From Candidatus Heimdallarchaeota archaeon (GTDB taxonomy: Archaea; Asgardarchaeota; Heimdallarchaeia; Heimdallarchaeales; Kariarchaeaceae): a stretch of DNA of 32,000 nucleotides. The DNA lies in the NCBI GenBank assembly GCA_030149205.1, contig JASBSB010000006.1:300001-332000 (forward strand), given 5' to 3'. How positions within the stretch are numbered: the stretch's first letter is position 1; the number at the start of each line of letters is the position of its first letter. Shown in pieces: positions 18,112-26,991 of the stretch. The notes beneath the pieces are model-generated. The model searched no databases, had not been told where the DNA came from, and saw only the letters and a list, made by a program, of their open reading frames with translations. Made by a program: the position numbers and the translations under genes.

Positions 18112-20403
18112 ATGAAGTATTTTAAATCACAGTTCACACTGCTTCTTCTCTTAAGTTCTTTAATGTTGGCAGGATCAATTGCATCAGACCAGACTTCCGT
18201 TGAAGAAATAAGCATTCAAGCAGGTGATTTGACCTTATATCCTGATACAGATCCAGATCTTTTAGCTCGAACAAGAACAGCAAATTTTGTTAAGTCTAGT
18301 CGAGCACTTCCTTCAAGTAACGGGAGTTCATTGGATCAGGTCTATTATCGGGTTGCTGCATTAAGAGTCCTAGACCCTAGTTTAGGGAACTTAAGCTCAT
18401 CGCAGAAACAATTTTACATTAATCAGGTTCTATCTTTCCAAAATACAAATGGTGGGTTTGGAGGTTGGTGGAAGGATAGAAGTTCCCTCGGAAACACCTA
18501 CAAGGCAGTTCAGGCGCTTAGCTGGCTAGGACACACAGGGTTAGACACAGTCAAAGTTAAAACTTATTTAGATAGGTTACAGAACACTTTAACCAAAGGT
18601 TTTAACTCTCACTTAGCTGACAGTGATAGTGATGTCTACACCACCTCACAGGCAGTTGAGACCTACACTCTTCTAGGTCAATCAATACCTTCTAGGGCAG
18701 ATGTGTTGAATCTATTGCAGAACTCTCAAAACCTCAACGCAGCAAAGGTATCTCCTTCAGAAATAGGTGGATTCGGATTGCAAACAAATGTCCTAAAAAA
18801 CATTTACTGGAAATCAGAGGTTACAACAACCAGTGCTGTGTTACATGCACTAAATGTTCTGGGTAGCAATGCAAAGAATTCTACTGAAGCAGCAAACTAT
18901 CTAAAAAATACACAAACCTCTTCTGGAGGATTTGTGAATGATTATATTTTAAAGAAGATCAGTGGGTCCTACACTGAGGCAGCTTTGGAAGGCTTACAGG
19001 TTTTAAGCACACTACCTACGGATTCAGTTAAGGCTGAGACCTATTTACGAAGCTTAGAACTCCCAAACGGTGGTTTTGCGCTTAAAACTGCAAGTGTGGA
19101 CTCAAGCCTGAAAGGTACATTCTTTGGTGTAAAAGGGTTGGAACTGCTTGGTGTAAAACCTACAAATGTTACAAAAACAATTGAATATTTACTTACCTTA
19201 CCTGACATGAATGATGGTTTTGGACAGCAGCCAGGAGAACTTGCCTCTCTAAGAGAGACCTTTGATGGTGTAGCTGCCTTGACTCTTGGAGGGAGGACTG
19301 TAAGCAATGTCCCAAATCTATTAGCTTATCTTGAACAGTACAGACAGACAGATGGTGGGTATGGTGTTACTGGTTCCTACATAGATAGTACCTCCAGAGT
19401 TATTAACACCTACGATCTTCTGAAGCAGACAGTACCAGCAAAGGCAGATGTAATAAAATTTATTCAGGACAGACAGCAGACAAACGGTGGATTCTCAAAG
19501 AAGCCACTGAACACCACAACTTTTGTCATTTCTACCTTTAGGGCTGTTGTTTCCTTGAGCTTACTTGGTGCCACACCTAAAGATGTTAGTGGAGCAATCA
19601 GCTATCTAAAGAGCACACAAAACACTGACGGAGGATTTGGAGGTTTTCCAGGTGACTCAAGTGATGTATCTAGTACCTACAGGGCGGTTCGTGCCCTCTC
19701 ACTTCTAGGAGACACAAGCTTCAATAAAGCAGGTGCTGTGAAATTCTTGCAAGATTCGCAGAACCCAAATGGTGGGTTTAAGAGAAGTGTGAATGATGTT
19801 GCACTTCCAAAGAACGCTTCCAGTGCAGTATACACCTACAGTGCTGTGAGAGCTCTCTACCTGCTAAGTTCAAAACCAAGTAACTTCAGTGGGGTTTATC
19901 ATTATGTTGTAAGTCTTCGGAACAATGATGGTGGGTATGGCAAGCATCCGAACTTCAGCTCAGATATTGCTTATACGTTCACATCACTTTGGATACTGAA
20001 GCACATGAATTCTGTGACAGGCTTCTCACTTACTGCTTCTCCATCACTTGGATCTACCAGAAACAGCTATTCTAGTGCGACCCTCCAGATAAATGGAGGT
20101 GTTCCCACATTTAACTACAGTGTTGGTGTTGCAAACGTAACCGCAAGAGTTACTGGAGTGATATCTTCTAGAACTGTCAGTATTGACACGAGTTCCATGT
20201 CTCCAGGTACATATGAGTTCGAAATTAACCTTAAGGATCTGACTGGTGCAGCAATCTCTGGCAAGTTCAAGGTGTACATCGGATCAGTACCACTTACCAA
20301 CCAGCCGACAAGCACCCCCAAACAGGGTTCTCCATTGCTCCTCTTGCCCTTGATTATAACACTATTCGGTGTTGCTTTCATTTCCATCAAGAGAAGGACT
20401 TAG
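18112..20403 (+). CDS. Exported prenyltransferase/squalene-oxidase-repeat protein (two alpha6/alpha6 barrels) with Ig-like domain and C-terminal TM/basic anchor
   Basis: Signal peptide, about 11 QxxxGG[FY]-type repeats, a beta-rich C-domain, an S/T/P-rich linker, a hydrophobic helix and KRRT. No Cys; about 10 N-x-S/T sequons by hand count. GGAG SD before the ATG. Confidence 0.85.
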   Translation: MKYFKSQFTLLLLLSSLMLAGSIASDQTSVEEISIQAGDLTLYPDTDPDLLARTRTANFVKSSRALPSSNGSSLDQVYYRVAALRVLDPSLGNLSSSQKQFYINQVLSFQNTNGGFGGWWKDRSSLGNTYKAVQALSWLGHTGLDTVKVKTYLDRLQNTLTKGFNSHLADSDSDVYTTSQAVETYTLLGQSIPSRADVLNLLQNSQNLNAAKVSPSEIGGFGLQTNVLKNIYWKSEVTTTSAVLHALNVLGSNAKNSTEAANYLKNTQTSSGGFVNDYILKKISGSYTEAALEGLQVLSTLPTDSVKAETYLRSLELPNGGFALKTASVDSSLKGTFFGVKGLELLGVKPTNVTKTIEYLLTLPDMNDGFGQQPGELASLRETFDGVAALTLGGRTVSNVPNLLAYLEQYRQTDGGYGVTGSYIDSTSRVINTYDLLKQTVPAKADVIKFIQDRQQTNGGFSKKPLNTTTFVISTFRAVVSLSLLGATPKDVSGAISYLKSTQNTDGGFGGFPGDSSDVSSTYRAVRALSLLGDTSFNKAGAVKFLQDSQNPNGGFKRSVNDVALPKNASSAVYTYSAVRALYLLSSKPSNFSGVYHYVVSLRNNDGGYGKHPNFSSDIAYTFTSLWILKHMNSVTGFSLTASPSLGSTRNSYSSATLQINGGVPTFNYSVGVANVTARVTGVISSRTVSIDTSSMSPGTYEFEINLKDLTGAAISGKFKVYIGSVPLTNQPTSTPKQGSPLLLLPLIITLFGVAFISIKRRT

Positions 20404-20416
20404 GTGCCTTAAGGTA

Positions 20417-23400
20417 ATGAATACCAAATTCTTGCTCATTTTTGTATTAATTTTTTCAATTGGTATATTCATTACTCCAACTCAGAGTTATATGGATAAT
20501 AACCTTTATCCATCTCTGGAAACTCAAGCTACAGACAAAATTTTAACTAATAGCACAGTTATTGATGATCTGGAAAAGTTTCTGACTCTCACACAGGATG
20601 ATAAACAGTTCGCAATCAAATCAATGGATCAAGCATTTTATTTAGGTCTAAGTATAAGATTTATTGAGACAATTCAAAATCCACCTCAAACATTGGTAGG
20701 AGATGTTGAAGAATTAAAGCTAAGGGTTTTAACCTATATCAACAATGTCCGCAACACCAATGGAGGATATGGAAATTGGAGAGGGGCTAAAAGTTCTGCT
20801 GAATCTACAGTTCAAGCAATAGATGTGTACAACGCACTTGGATTTCCACAGAACTTCACCTCAAAACAGGCTAATGAGACCATCGGTTTCATGAACACAT
20901 TAAAAACTAATTTGGGAGGGTTTTATCCTCTACAGGATTGGGACGCACCTGACATCACATCAACTTATCGAGCAGTATACATACAGAATCTTTTAAACAA
21001 ACAGTTCAATGTCAAAGCCATCAACAAAACTGGAATTAAGCAATTTGTTCAGAACAACTACATCACGCCTTTCTTTATTTCTGGAGCTTCGGGATATTCA
21101 GAGGTAAAGGGAGGAAAACCAGAGGTTCTTGCATCATTGGATGCATTAGAGACTTTTCTTGGTTTGAATCAAACTGATCCTTACAGAAGCTCGGTTATCA
21201 GGTTCATCAATTCACTCACCTCACCTAACGGTGGGGTTGCAGGATTTGAGGGCAAGCTTCCTAAGACAGGGTATACTTCTGCTGCAATACAGTATTACCT
21301 CAGAATCAAAAATTATTTCCCCGGTAACCTATCCGAATTTAACCTTGGTTTTTTGGATAGAGCGATAGATTATTTATTGGGGAATCGGGCACCAGATTCT
21401 GGGTTTACTGCTGCAGACACAGACAGCACCCCCGAACTTAGTAGTACATATTTTGTGCTGAGAAGCATTTATGAATTAAAACAGAACAATCTTTGGAATC
21501 GCTCAGTAGACCTAACGGGTGTCTACTCATTCCTCTTGAGTGGTCATGAACCTACTTATGGGTTAGGTGAGTATCCCGGAGATATAGCAGAGTTGTCGTA
21601 TACCAGTAGAGCTGTGCTTTTAGGCAGACTGATCAATCGAACGGATTGGATGAGTCCAAAGCTGATAGATTATATTTTAAAAAGCTTTGATGAAAAGAAC
21701 AGTGGATTTGGGTACAGACCGGGAGGGACTGCGCGTATAAAGTACACTTACTACGCATTGGCTGCACTGCGAGCATTGCATCACCCATTTTCGAACATTG
21801 ATCTGATAGTAGATTTTATTCTATCAGCTCAGACCCCAGATGGTGGCTTTGGGCAGATAAGCAAAGCAAAGATAAGCTATATCTCTCACACATTTTGGGC
21901 TATAAGCGCGTTAAAATCCTTGGGTCAACTGACAACTCTGACACTTGATTTTGCACAGATCTATAATTGGTTACAAGGGTTGAGAGACCCTGTAACTGGG
22001 ATGTATAAGAATTCCATAACTTCACAACCGTCCATACTTTCAACCTATAGGGCCATTCAGATTATGACTTATCTGGGATATTCTGTCGATAGTACTGATA
22101 CTGTTCATCAATCAATACATCAGTATCAAACAACATCTGGAGGATTTGTGAATGACCTTACTAAGACCCTTGCAACAATGGAAGCAACATATTTTGCGGT
22201 GAGAACCATGAGATTGTTAAACACTACCTATAATGAAAGCAAGGTCTACAAATATGTTAGGGGTCTTCTTAATAGTGATGGAGCATTTGCTCTTCGGGAG
22301 GGATTCTCAAGCAGAGTTTCTTCCTCATTTTATGCGGTTTCACTACTTAGAAAGATTGAGGGGGTGTCTAAAGACCTGTCACCTATAGAAGGAGGACTAC
22401 CTGACTTGTTTGCCCCAATCATAGAACCTGCTTTTGTTGCAAATCTACGAAAACAAAACAAAATATCTGGTTCATTCTCTCTGACAGCCCAGGTCAAGGA
22501 TCCAGAGGGAAACGTCTCAGGGTCTTGGATAGAGGCAAAATGGCAGAGATATTCAGATAATCAGACATTCTCTTACAGAGAATCAGGCACTAATCTGGGG
22601 AGAGACCAATGGGAATTTACTGTCGGTCCTTTTAACCAGACAGGTGTTCTTCTGTTTAGACTCATAGCAACGGATCTAAACAACAACACAGCCACCACAT
22701 CGTGGTTGGCATTAGATACCACAGGGATACCTGTGGGTGGGGGAGTCTTTGCAAGCATCAATTGGGAACGGATAATTCTAAATGTCCTTCCATACCTGAT
22801 GCTCTTCTTTGCGCTAATTGAGATGTTCTATGAGCGTTCAAAGAAAAAAGAAATATTAAATGAGAAGGTGAAAATGGTGTATCAACCCAAAAATCAGGAA
22901 GGTGACATAAACTTCGAGATGTTCAGCGCATTGCTGGTGATACTAGCGATGGTGGTTCTAAGTTTTGTTGCCAGAATCTATATTCAGGATGCTTTAATAA
23001 TCATACAAAAGTCAATATTTCTCTTCAGATTCTTATTGGCTGTTGTGGTAATAATTATAACAAAATATGTGCTTGGATTAGACACCTACGGGCTTTTTGC
23101 CCCAAGTGTCTTAGTTATTGCAATGCTTCAGGTGGGCCCATTCTGGGGTTCTGTGATATTTTTCAATGTGTTTGGACTATTGTATATCATTAGATCGCTC
23201 ATGGAGCCCTTGAATTTTCCCGTTGGATTCAGGATTGGGATAATGATGGTCTTCAATGTTGCATTTCTAGGGGTGTTGGAGCTGATTGGAGAGGTTTATC
23301 GGATCCCCTTTCTAGCTCAGGCACTCTTTGTTCCAATCATTATCATGCCTTGGATAGCCGACAGATATATCTCTAATGCAAGACAGTTTGATCAATTATT

Positions 23401-24553
23401 CGCCTTTACAAGGTTAATCATCAGCCTTCTCATTACACTTCTTGCATATGTCTTTATGTCTAATTCTGCCTTGGTAACCTTTGTTGCTGTGAATCCTGAG
23501 ACTTGGGTGGTCTTAATCGCGTTCTTGGTCTTCTTTGGTAAATACCGAAAATATACCATACTTGATAAGAGGAGGTTCTACCGGCTATTTAGAATCAAAA
23601 ACACCCCAATGTCTATGATGATTAGAAACCGTAACTATATCGCACAATACAATCCACCAATAATTCATCCTCTGATCAACAAGTATGACATGAAGGGTCT
23701 CTTCGATAAATGGGGCGTAGCCACCGCTGAACTTTTGGCTGTTGTGGATAATGTAGACCAGCTTGATCCCTTGTTCAAGAGGTTAAGCACTGAGGTTGTC
23801 TTCAAGAACGGATTTGTCATTAAACCTTCTCAAAGTTATGGAGGCATGGGGATAGTTGTGGTACAGGAAGTGACACCTGAAGGGAATTTCAGGGTTGGTT
23901 CAGATATTTACCACCCAGATGCACTCAAAGAGGAGTGTAAACGAATTATACAGGGTGAGTATCTGACAGCACACACCACCTCAGAAAATGATATCATAGT
24001 CATTGAGGAAAAGATTAACCTTGCTGATAGCATGAAATCTATCTCTATTGGGCTTCCAGACATAAGAGTAATAGTCTTTAGAGGTATCCCAGTGATGGCA
24101 ATGGCAAGGCTTCCAACCAAGGAGAGTGACGGAAAAGCCAACCTAAAACAGGGGGCTATTGGAGCAGGAATTCATCTCTCTTCAGGTCTTATTTTTAGAG
24201 CTGAGTGGAAGACAAACCCCCTCAATATTCATCCTGACACAGGAAATGAAATCATTGGATATCAATTCACGAAATGGGATGAGATATTAGCTGTTGCCTG
24301 TCTGGCGCAGAAAAGCACTGGGTTGGGTTATGCAGGTGTGGATCTTGTACTCGGACAGAAGAATGGAGAGGAAAAGATCTATGTGCTAGAGATCAACAAG
24401 AGGCCCGGTTTGGAGATACAAAATATCAACCTTGCAAGCCTAATGGAAAGGTTAGATTATATAGAGGACAATGACCTTGATATGACAGACAAGTCACCAA
24501 CAGCAGTTGTTAGATATGTGAAACAGTTATCTAAAGAGTATTGGGAGGTGTAA
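20417..24553 (+). CDS. Fusion protein: signal peptide + prenyltransferase-like barrels + Ig-like + 7TM_transglut-type membrane domain + RimK-related (alpha-L-glutamate ligase-like) ATP-grasp
   Basis: Start moved to ATG 20417 (MNTKFLLIFVL), 14 nt after the upstream stop. About 11 GG[FY] repeats; GLDTYGLFAPSVL...PIII...DR...NPE...GKYRKYT matches the PF14402 pattern; RNRNYIAQYNP, VIKP, PDIRVIVF, MARLPTKESDGKANLKQG, HPDTG, GVDLV and LEINKRPGL match TIGR02291/PF14397. Confidence 0.88.
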   Translation: MNTKFLLIFVLIFSIGIFITPTQSYMDNNLYPSLETQATDKILTNSTVIDDLEKFLTLTQDDKQFAIKSMDQAFYLGLSIRFIETIQNPPQTLVGDVEELKLRVLTYINNVRNTNGGYGNWRGAKSSAESTVQAIDVYNALGFPQNFTSKQANETIGFMNTLKTNLGGFYPLQDWDAPDITSTYRAVYIQNLLNKQFNVKAINKTGIKQFVQNNYITPFFISGASGYSEVKGGKPEVLASLDALETFLGLNQTDPYRSSVIRFINSLTSPNGGVAGFEGKLPKTGYTSAAIQYYLRIKNYFPGNLSEFNLGFLDRAIDYLLGNRAPDSGFTAADTDSTPELSSTYFVLRSIYELKQNNLWNRSVDLTGVYSFLLSGHEPTYGLGEYPGDIAELSYTSRAVLLGRLINRTDWMSPKLIDYILKSFDEKNSGFGYRPGGTARIKYTYYALAALRALHHPFSNIDLIVDFILSAQTPDGGFGQISKAKISYISHTFWAISALKSLGQLTTLTLDFAQIYNWLQGLRDPVTGMYKNSITSQPSILSTYRAIQIMTYLGYSVDSTDTVHQSIHQYQTTSGGFVNDLTKTLATMEATYFAVRTMRLLNTTYNESKVYKYVRGLLNSDGAFALREGFSSRVSSSFYAVSLLRKIEGVSKDLSPIEGGLPDLFAPIIEPAFVANLRKQNKISGSFSLTAQVKDPEGNVSGSWIEAKWQRYSDNQTFSYRESGTNLGRDQWEFTVGPFNQTGVLLFRLIATDLNNNTATTSWLALDTTGIPVGGGVFASINWERIILNVLPYLMLFFALIEMFYERSKKKEILNEKVKMVYQPKNQEGDINFEMFSALLVILAMVVLSFVARIYIQDALIIIQKSIFLFRFLLAVVVIIITKYVLGLDTYGLFAPSVLVIAMLQVGPFWGSVIFFNVFGLLYIIRSLMEPLNFPVGFRIGIMMVFNVAFLGVLELIGEVYRIPFLAQALFVPIIIMPWIADRYISNARQFDQLFAFTRLIISLLITLLAYVFMSNSALVTFVAVNPETWVVLIAFLVFFGKYRKYTILDKRRFYRLFRIKNTPMSMMIRNRNYIAQYNPPIIHPLINKYDMKGLFDKWGVATAELLAVVDNVDQLDPLFKRLSTEVVFKNGFVIKPSQSYGGMGIVVVQEVTPEGNFRVGSDIYHPDALKEECKRIIQGEYLTAHTTSENDIIVIEEKINLADSMKSISIGLPDIRVIVFRGIPVMAMARLPTKESDGKANLKQGAIGAGIHLSSGLIFRAEWKTNPLNIHPDTGNEIIGYQFTKWDEILAVACLAQKSTGLGYAGVDLVLGQKNGEEKIYVLEINKRPGLEIQNINLASLMERLDYIEDNDLDMTDKSPTAVVRYVKQLSKEYWEV

Positions 24554-24554
24554 C

Positions 24555-25685
24555 ATGAGAAACAAAACAAAGATTTATTTTATAATTCTTGCCATCCTGT
24601 TGTTCTCTGGTTCCTTTACAGTTCTATATTTCAATGAGGCAGATGAGGTGAAAAAGGGGGATGCTGATTATCAGCTCTCTTACAGATTCCGGATGCAAAA
24701 CCTTGGACCACTGAACCTTACAAGTGTATCTCTTCGATTAGCTCTACTAAAGACATGGGATCCTGTACAGACAGTCCACAACATTTCTGTGGAGACCCCC
24801 TTTAATTATACCTCCACAGACCAATACAACAATTCATACATTCATTATGATTACAGAAACTTCAGAGTTAATCAGACTGTGGATCTCATTGTTAGGGCGA
24901 ATCTTACAATCCCATTTCTGGATTATTCAAGAGCAAATATCAGAGCAAAGGAATATGACCAACAATCTAGCACATACAGGCTTTATACAGCATTCAATCC
25001 ATTAGCAGACAGCACAGATCCGGGAATTGTGAATCTAGCACAAAGCCTTACAAGATCGACTAACCCTATAGATATCGCATTTGAAGCTTACAATTTCTCA
25101 TCAACTTATCTCAAGTACAGACTGCTTAGCAATAGTCGTGGTGCTAAATTTGCCCTGCATAATGGATATGGTGACTGTGACGAGTACACAACACTCTTTA
25201 TGGCACTATTAAGAGCCAGAGGAATACCTGTGGTGGAACATACCGCATGGCTTGCTGATTTCATAGAGGGATATGAGGGGACTGATGATGGAGCTGCCGC
25301 TCATGCTTATCCAATGTTCTTTGTCGAAGGAATAGGAATGCTTCCCGTGGATCCAACCCGTGGAAACAAAAATCTTTTTGACAATTTCCTTAAAACTGAT
25401 CACAAGAGAATCACCCTGACTAGAGGTTACAATCAACCATATCGGTTGTTAAGATACAAATGGGTTCCAAATGCAAATCTTACTGATCCATTGGTTCAAA
25501 GCAACTACACCATCAAAATTGAAAAGTTAGCGATCAACTTTTTCTCAACCCTTAGAAGCAGCATCTACATCGTCTTGGTTGCAATTCCCATTATTTTCAT
25601 CCTTTACACAGGATTAGCAGGGAGAAAAGCTCAAAGGGAACGTCAGAAGAAGGTGAGACGAATACTGAAACAAGACCTATTCTAA
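24555..25685 (+). CDS. Membrane-anchored transglutaminase-like (Transglut_core) protein with intact catalytic triad
   Basis: GDCDEY (Cys), HAY (His), VDPT (Asp); N- and C-terminal TM helices; about 9 sequons; GGAGGTG SD at 24544-24550, start 1 nt after the upstream stop. Confidence 0.9.
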   Translation: MRNKTKIYFIILAILLFSGSFTVLYFNEADEVKKGDADYQLSYRFRMQNLGPLNLTSVSLRLALLKTWDPVQTVHNISVETPFNYTSTDQYNNSYIHYDYRNFRVNQTVDLIVRANLTIPFLDYSRANIRAKEYDQQSSTYRLYTAFNPLADSTDPGIVNLAQSLTRSTNPIDIAFEAYNFSSTYLKYRLLSNSRGAKFALHNGYGDCDEYTTLFMALLRARGIPVVEHTAWLADFIEGYEGTDDGAAAHAYPMFFVEGIGMLPVDPTRGNKNLFDNFLKTDHKRITLTRGYNQPYRLLRYKWVPNANLTDPLVQSNYTIKIEKLAINFFSTLRSSIYIVLVAIPIIFILYTGLAGRKAQRERQKKVRRILKQDLF

Positions 25686-25782
25686 AATTAATTTCTAACT
25701 ACTTTCGATACACTTTTTATAATTGCAGTGATTTGTTAAAAACAATCATTTACTCCTCAAGAACTATACAAATTCACAAAAT

Positions 25783-25816
25783 TTCACTAAATAAAATATC
25801 ACGATTATTTAGTGAA
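25783..25816. repeat. Perfect 12-bp inverted repeat (hairpin or operator)
   Basis: TTCACTAAATAA (25783-25794), 10-nt spacer, TTATTTAGTGAA (25805-25816). Confidence 0.7.
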
Positions 25817-25871
25817 GTTTCTTATTTGGTCATTGAGTAAAGGTTATGTAAATGATGCCCTTTTTACAGCT

Positions 25872-26705
25872 ATGGATTTAAATCTTAAGGATAGACATTT
25901 CTTCGTTACTGGGGCCAGTGGAGGGATTGGATTGGCAACCGCAAAGCTGTTACTCGATGAAGGAGCCATTGTATCACTTCATTATAACTCAACCAGAAAC
26001 ACATTGAACAGCATTTTAGATGAATATAGCATGAGATGTAACCCTGTTCAAGCAGATCTAAAGAATGAAGCACAGGTTAAGCGTGCTTTTGAAGATGCAG
26101 AGAAGAATCTAGGTGTCGTACACGGTCTAGTGGTGAATCATGGGATTTGGATTGTGAAACCTGCACCCCTGGATGAAATGACCTTGGAACAATGGCAACA
26201 CACGATTGATACCAACCTTACTGGTGCTTTCTTGTCAATAAAATACTTTTTCAAACAAATTAAAAGAAACGGGATAAAGGATCCCTCTGTTGTCCTTATT
26301 GCTTCAACCGCAGGAATATTTGGGGAGGCTGATCACTCTGATTATGCCAGCTCAAAATCAGCACTCATGTATGGTCTAATGAGGTCTGCGAAAAACGAGA
26401 TAGTCAAATTTGCTCCGCTAGGAAGAGTTAATACTGTTGCACCTGGTTGGGTAATCACACCTATGGCAACTGAATCTCTTAAAGACAAAGAGCTTATTGG
26501 AAGAGTGTTTCAAACCACCCCACTTCGAAAAGTAGCCACCCCTGAGGATGTTGCAAATTCTATTGCATTTCTTCTTTCACCAAAGGTGAGTGGCCACCTA
26601 ACTGGTGAGATCATTGAGGTGACAGGTGGAATGGAGGGAAGAGCACTTGCGACAGTGGATGAGGTCACCAACAACAACAATCTAGATTCTCTGGGTATCA
26701 ATTAA
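25872..26705 (+). CDS. Short-chain dehydrogenase/reductase (SDR)
   Basis: TGASGGIG, VNHG, YASSK and VNTVAPG motifs; start moved to ATG 25872 (MDLNLKD). Confidence 0.93.
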   Translation: MDLNLKDRHFFVTGASGGIGLATAKLLLDEGAIVSLHYNSTRNTLNSILDEYSMRCNPVQADLKNEAQVKRAFEDAEKNLGVVHGLVVNHGIWIVKPAPLDEMTLEQWQHTIDTNLTGAFLSIKYFFKQIKRNGIKDPSVVLIASTAGIFGEADHSDYASSKSALMYGLMRSAKNEIVKFAPLGRVNTVAPGWVITPMATESLKDKELIGRVFQTTPLRKVATPEDVANSIAFLLSPKVSGHLTGEIIEVTGGMEGRALATVDEVTNNNNLDSLGIN

Positions 26706-26773
26706 GGAAGTGTGACAACAATTCAGTTGAATGAAAACGAAATCAACTATCATGGTATCATAGTGCTTAATTC

Positions 26774-26804
26774 AATCAATAGAGATTTTAAAATCTAGTT
26801 GATT
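26774..26804. repeat. Imperfect palindrome with 14-bp core AGATTTTAAAATCT
   Basis: Core at 26783-26796 flanked by AATCAA and TTGATT; intergenic. Function unknown and possibly chance in AT-rich DNA. Confidence 0.3.
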
Positions 26805-26991
26805 CAAAGATTATTGATCTTGATCAATTTTAGCCTTAGCTCCTCCATCTTTATCTATTGTAACAGGTGCAAGAAGCATTTTATGATCATACTTTCCACA
26901 TATTATTCTCCCGAGAGCTTAACAGGTTAGTTATTTGATTTTAAATCTCTCAAATGGGAATATTCTTTAAGGTGAAAGTAGTATAAATAGT

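Noticed and set aside
20369-20416. Longer N-terminus of the fusion protein from the track start at 20369
   Set aside because: It overlaps the upstream gene by 35 nt; ATG 20417 gives a clean signal peptide with an SD-like sequence.
18112-22360. Squalene-hopene cyclase or alpha-2-macroglobulin thioester domain
   Set aside because: No DxDD motif (DSDSD does not match) and no Cys for a CGEQ thioester; the QxxxGGF repeats are only structural.
5491-24553. Rab-like GTPase plus prenyltransferase-fold genes as a proto-Rab geranylgeranylation system
   Set aside because: The barrels have signal peptides and sequons (outside the cell) and lack Cys/Zn ligands; the GTPase has no C-terminal Cys.
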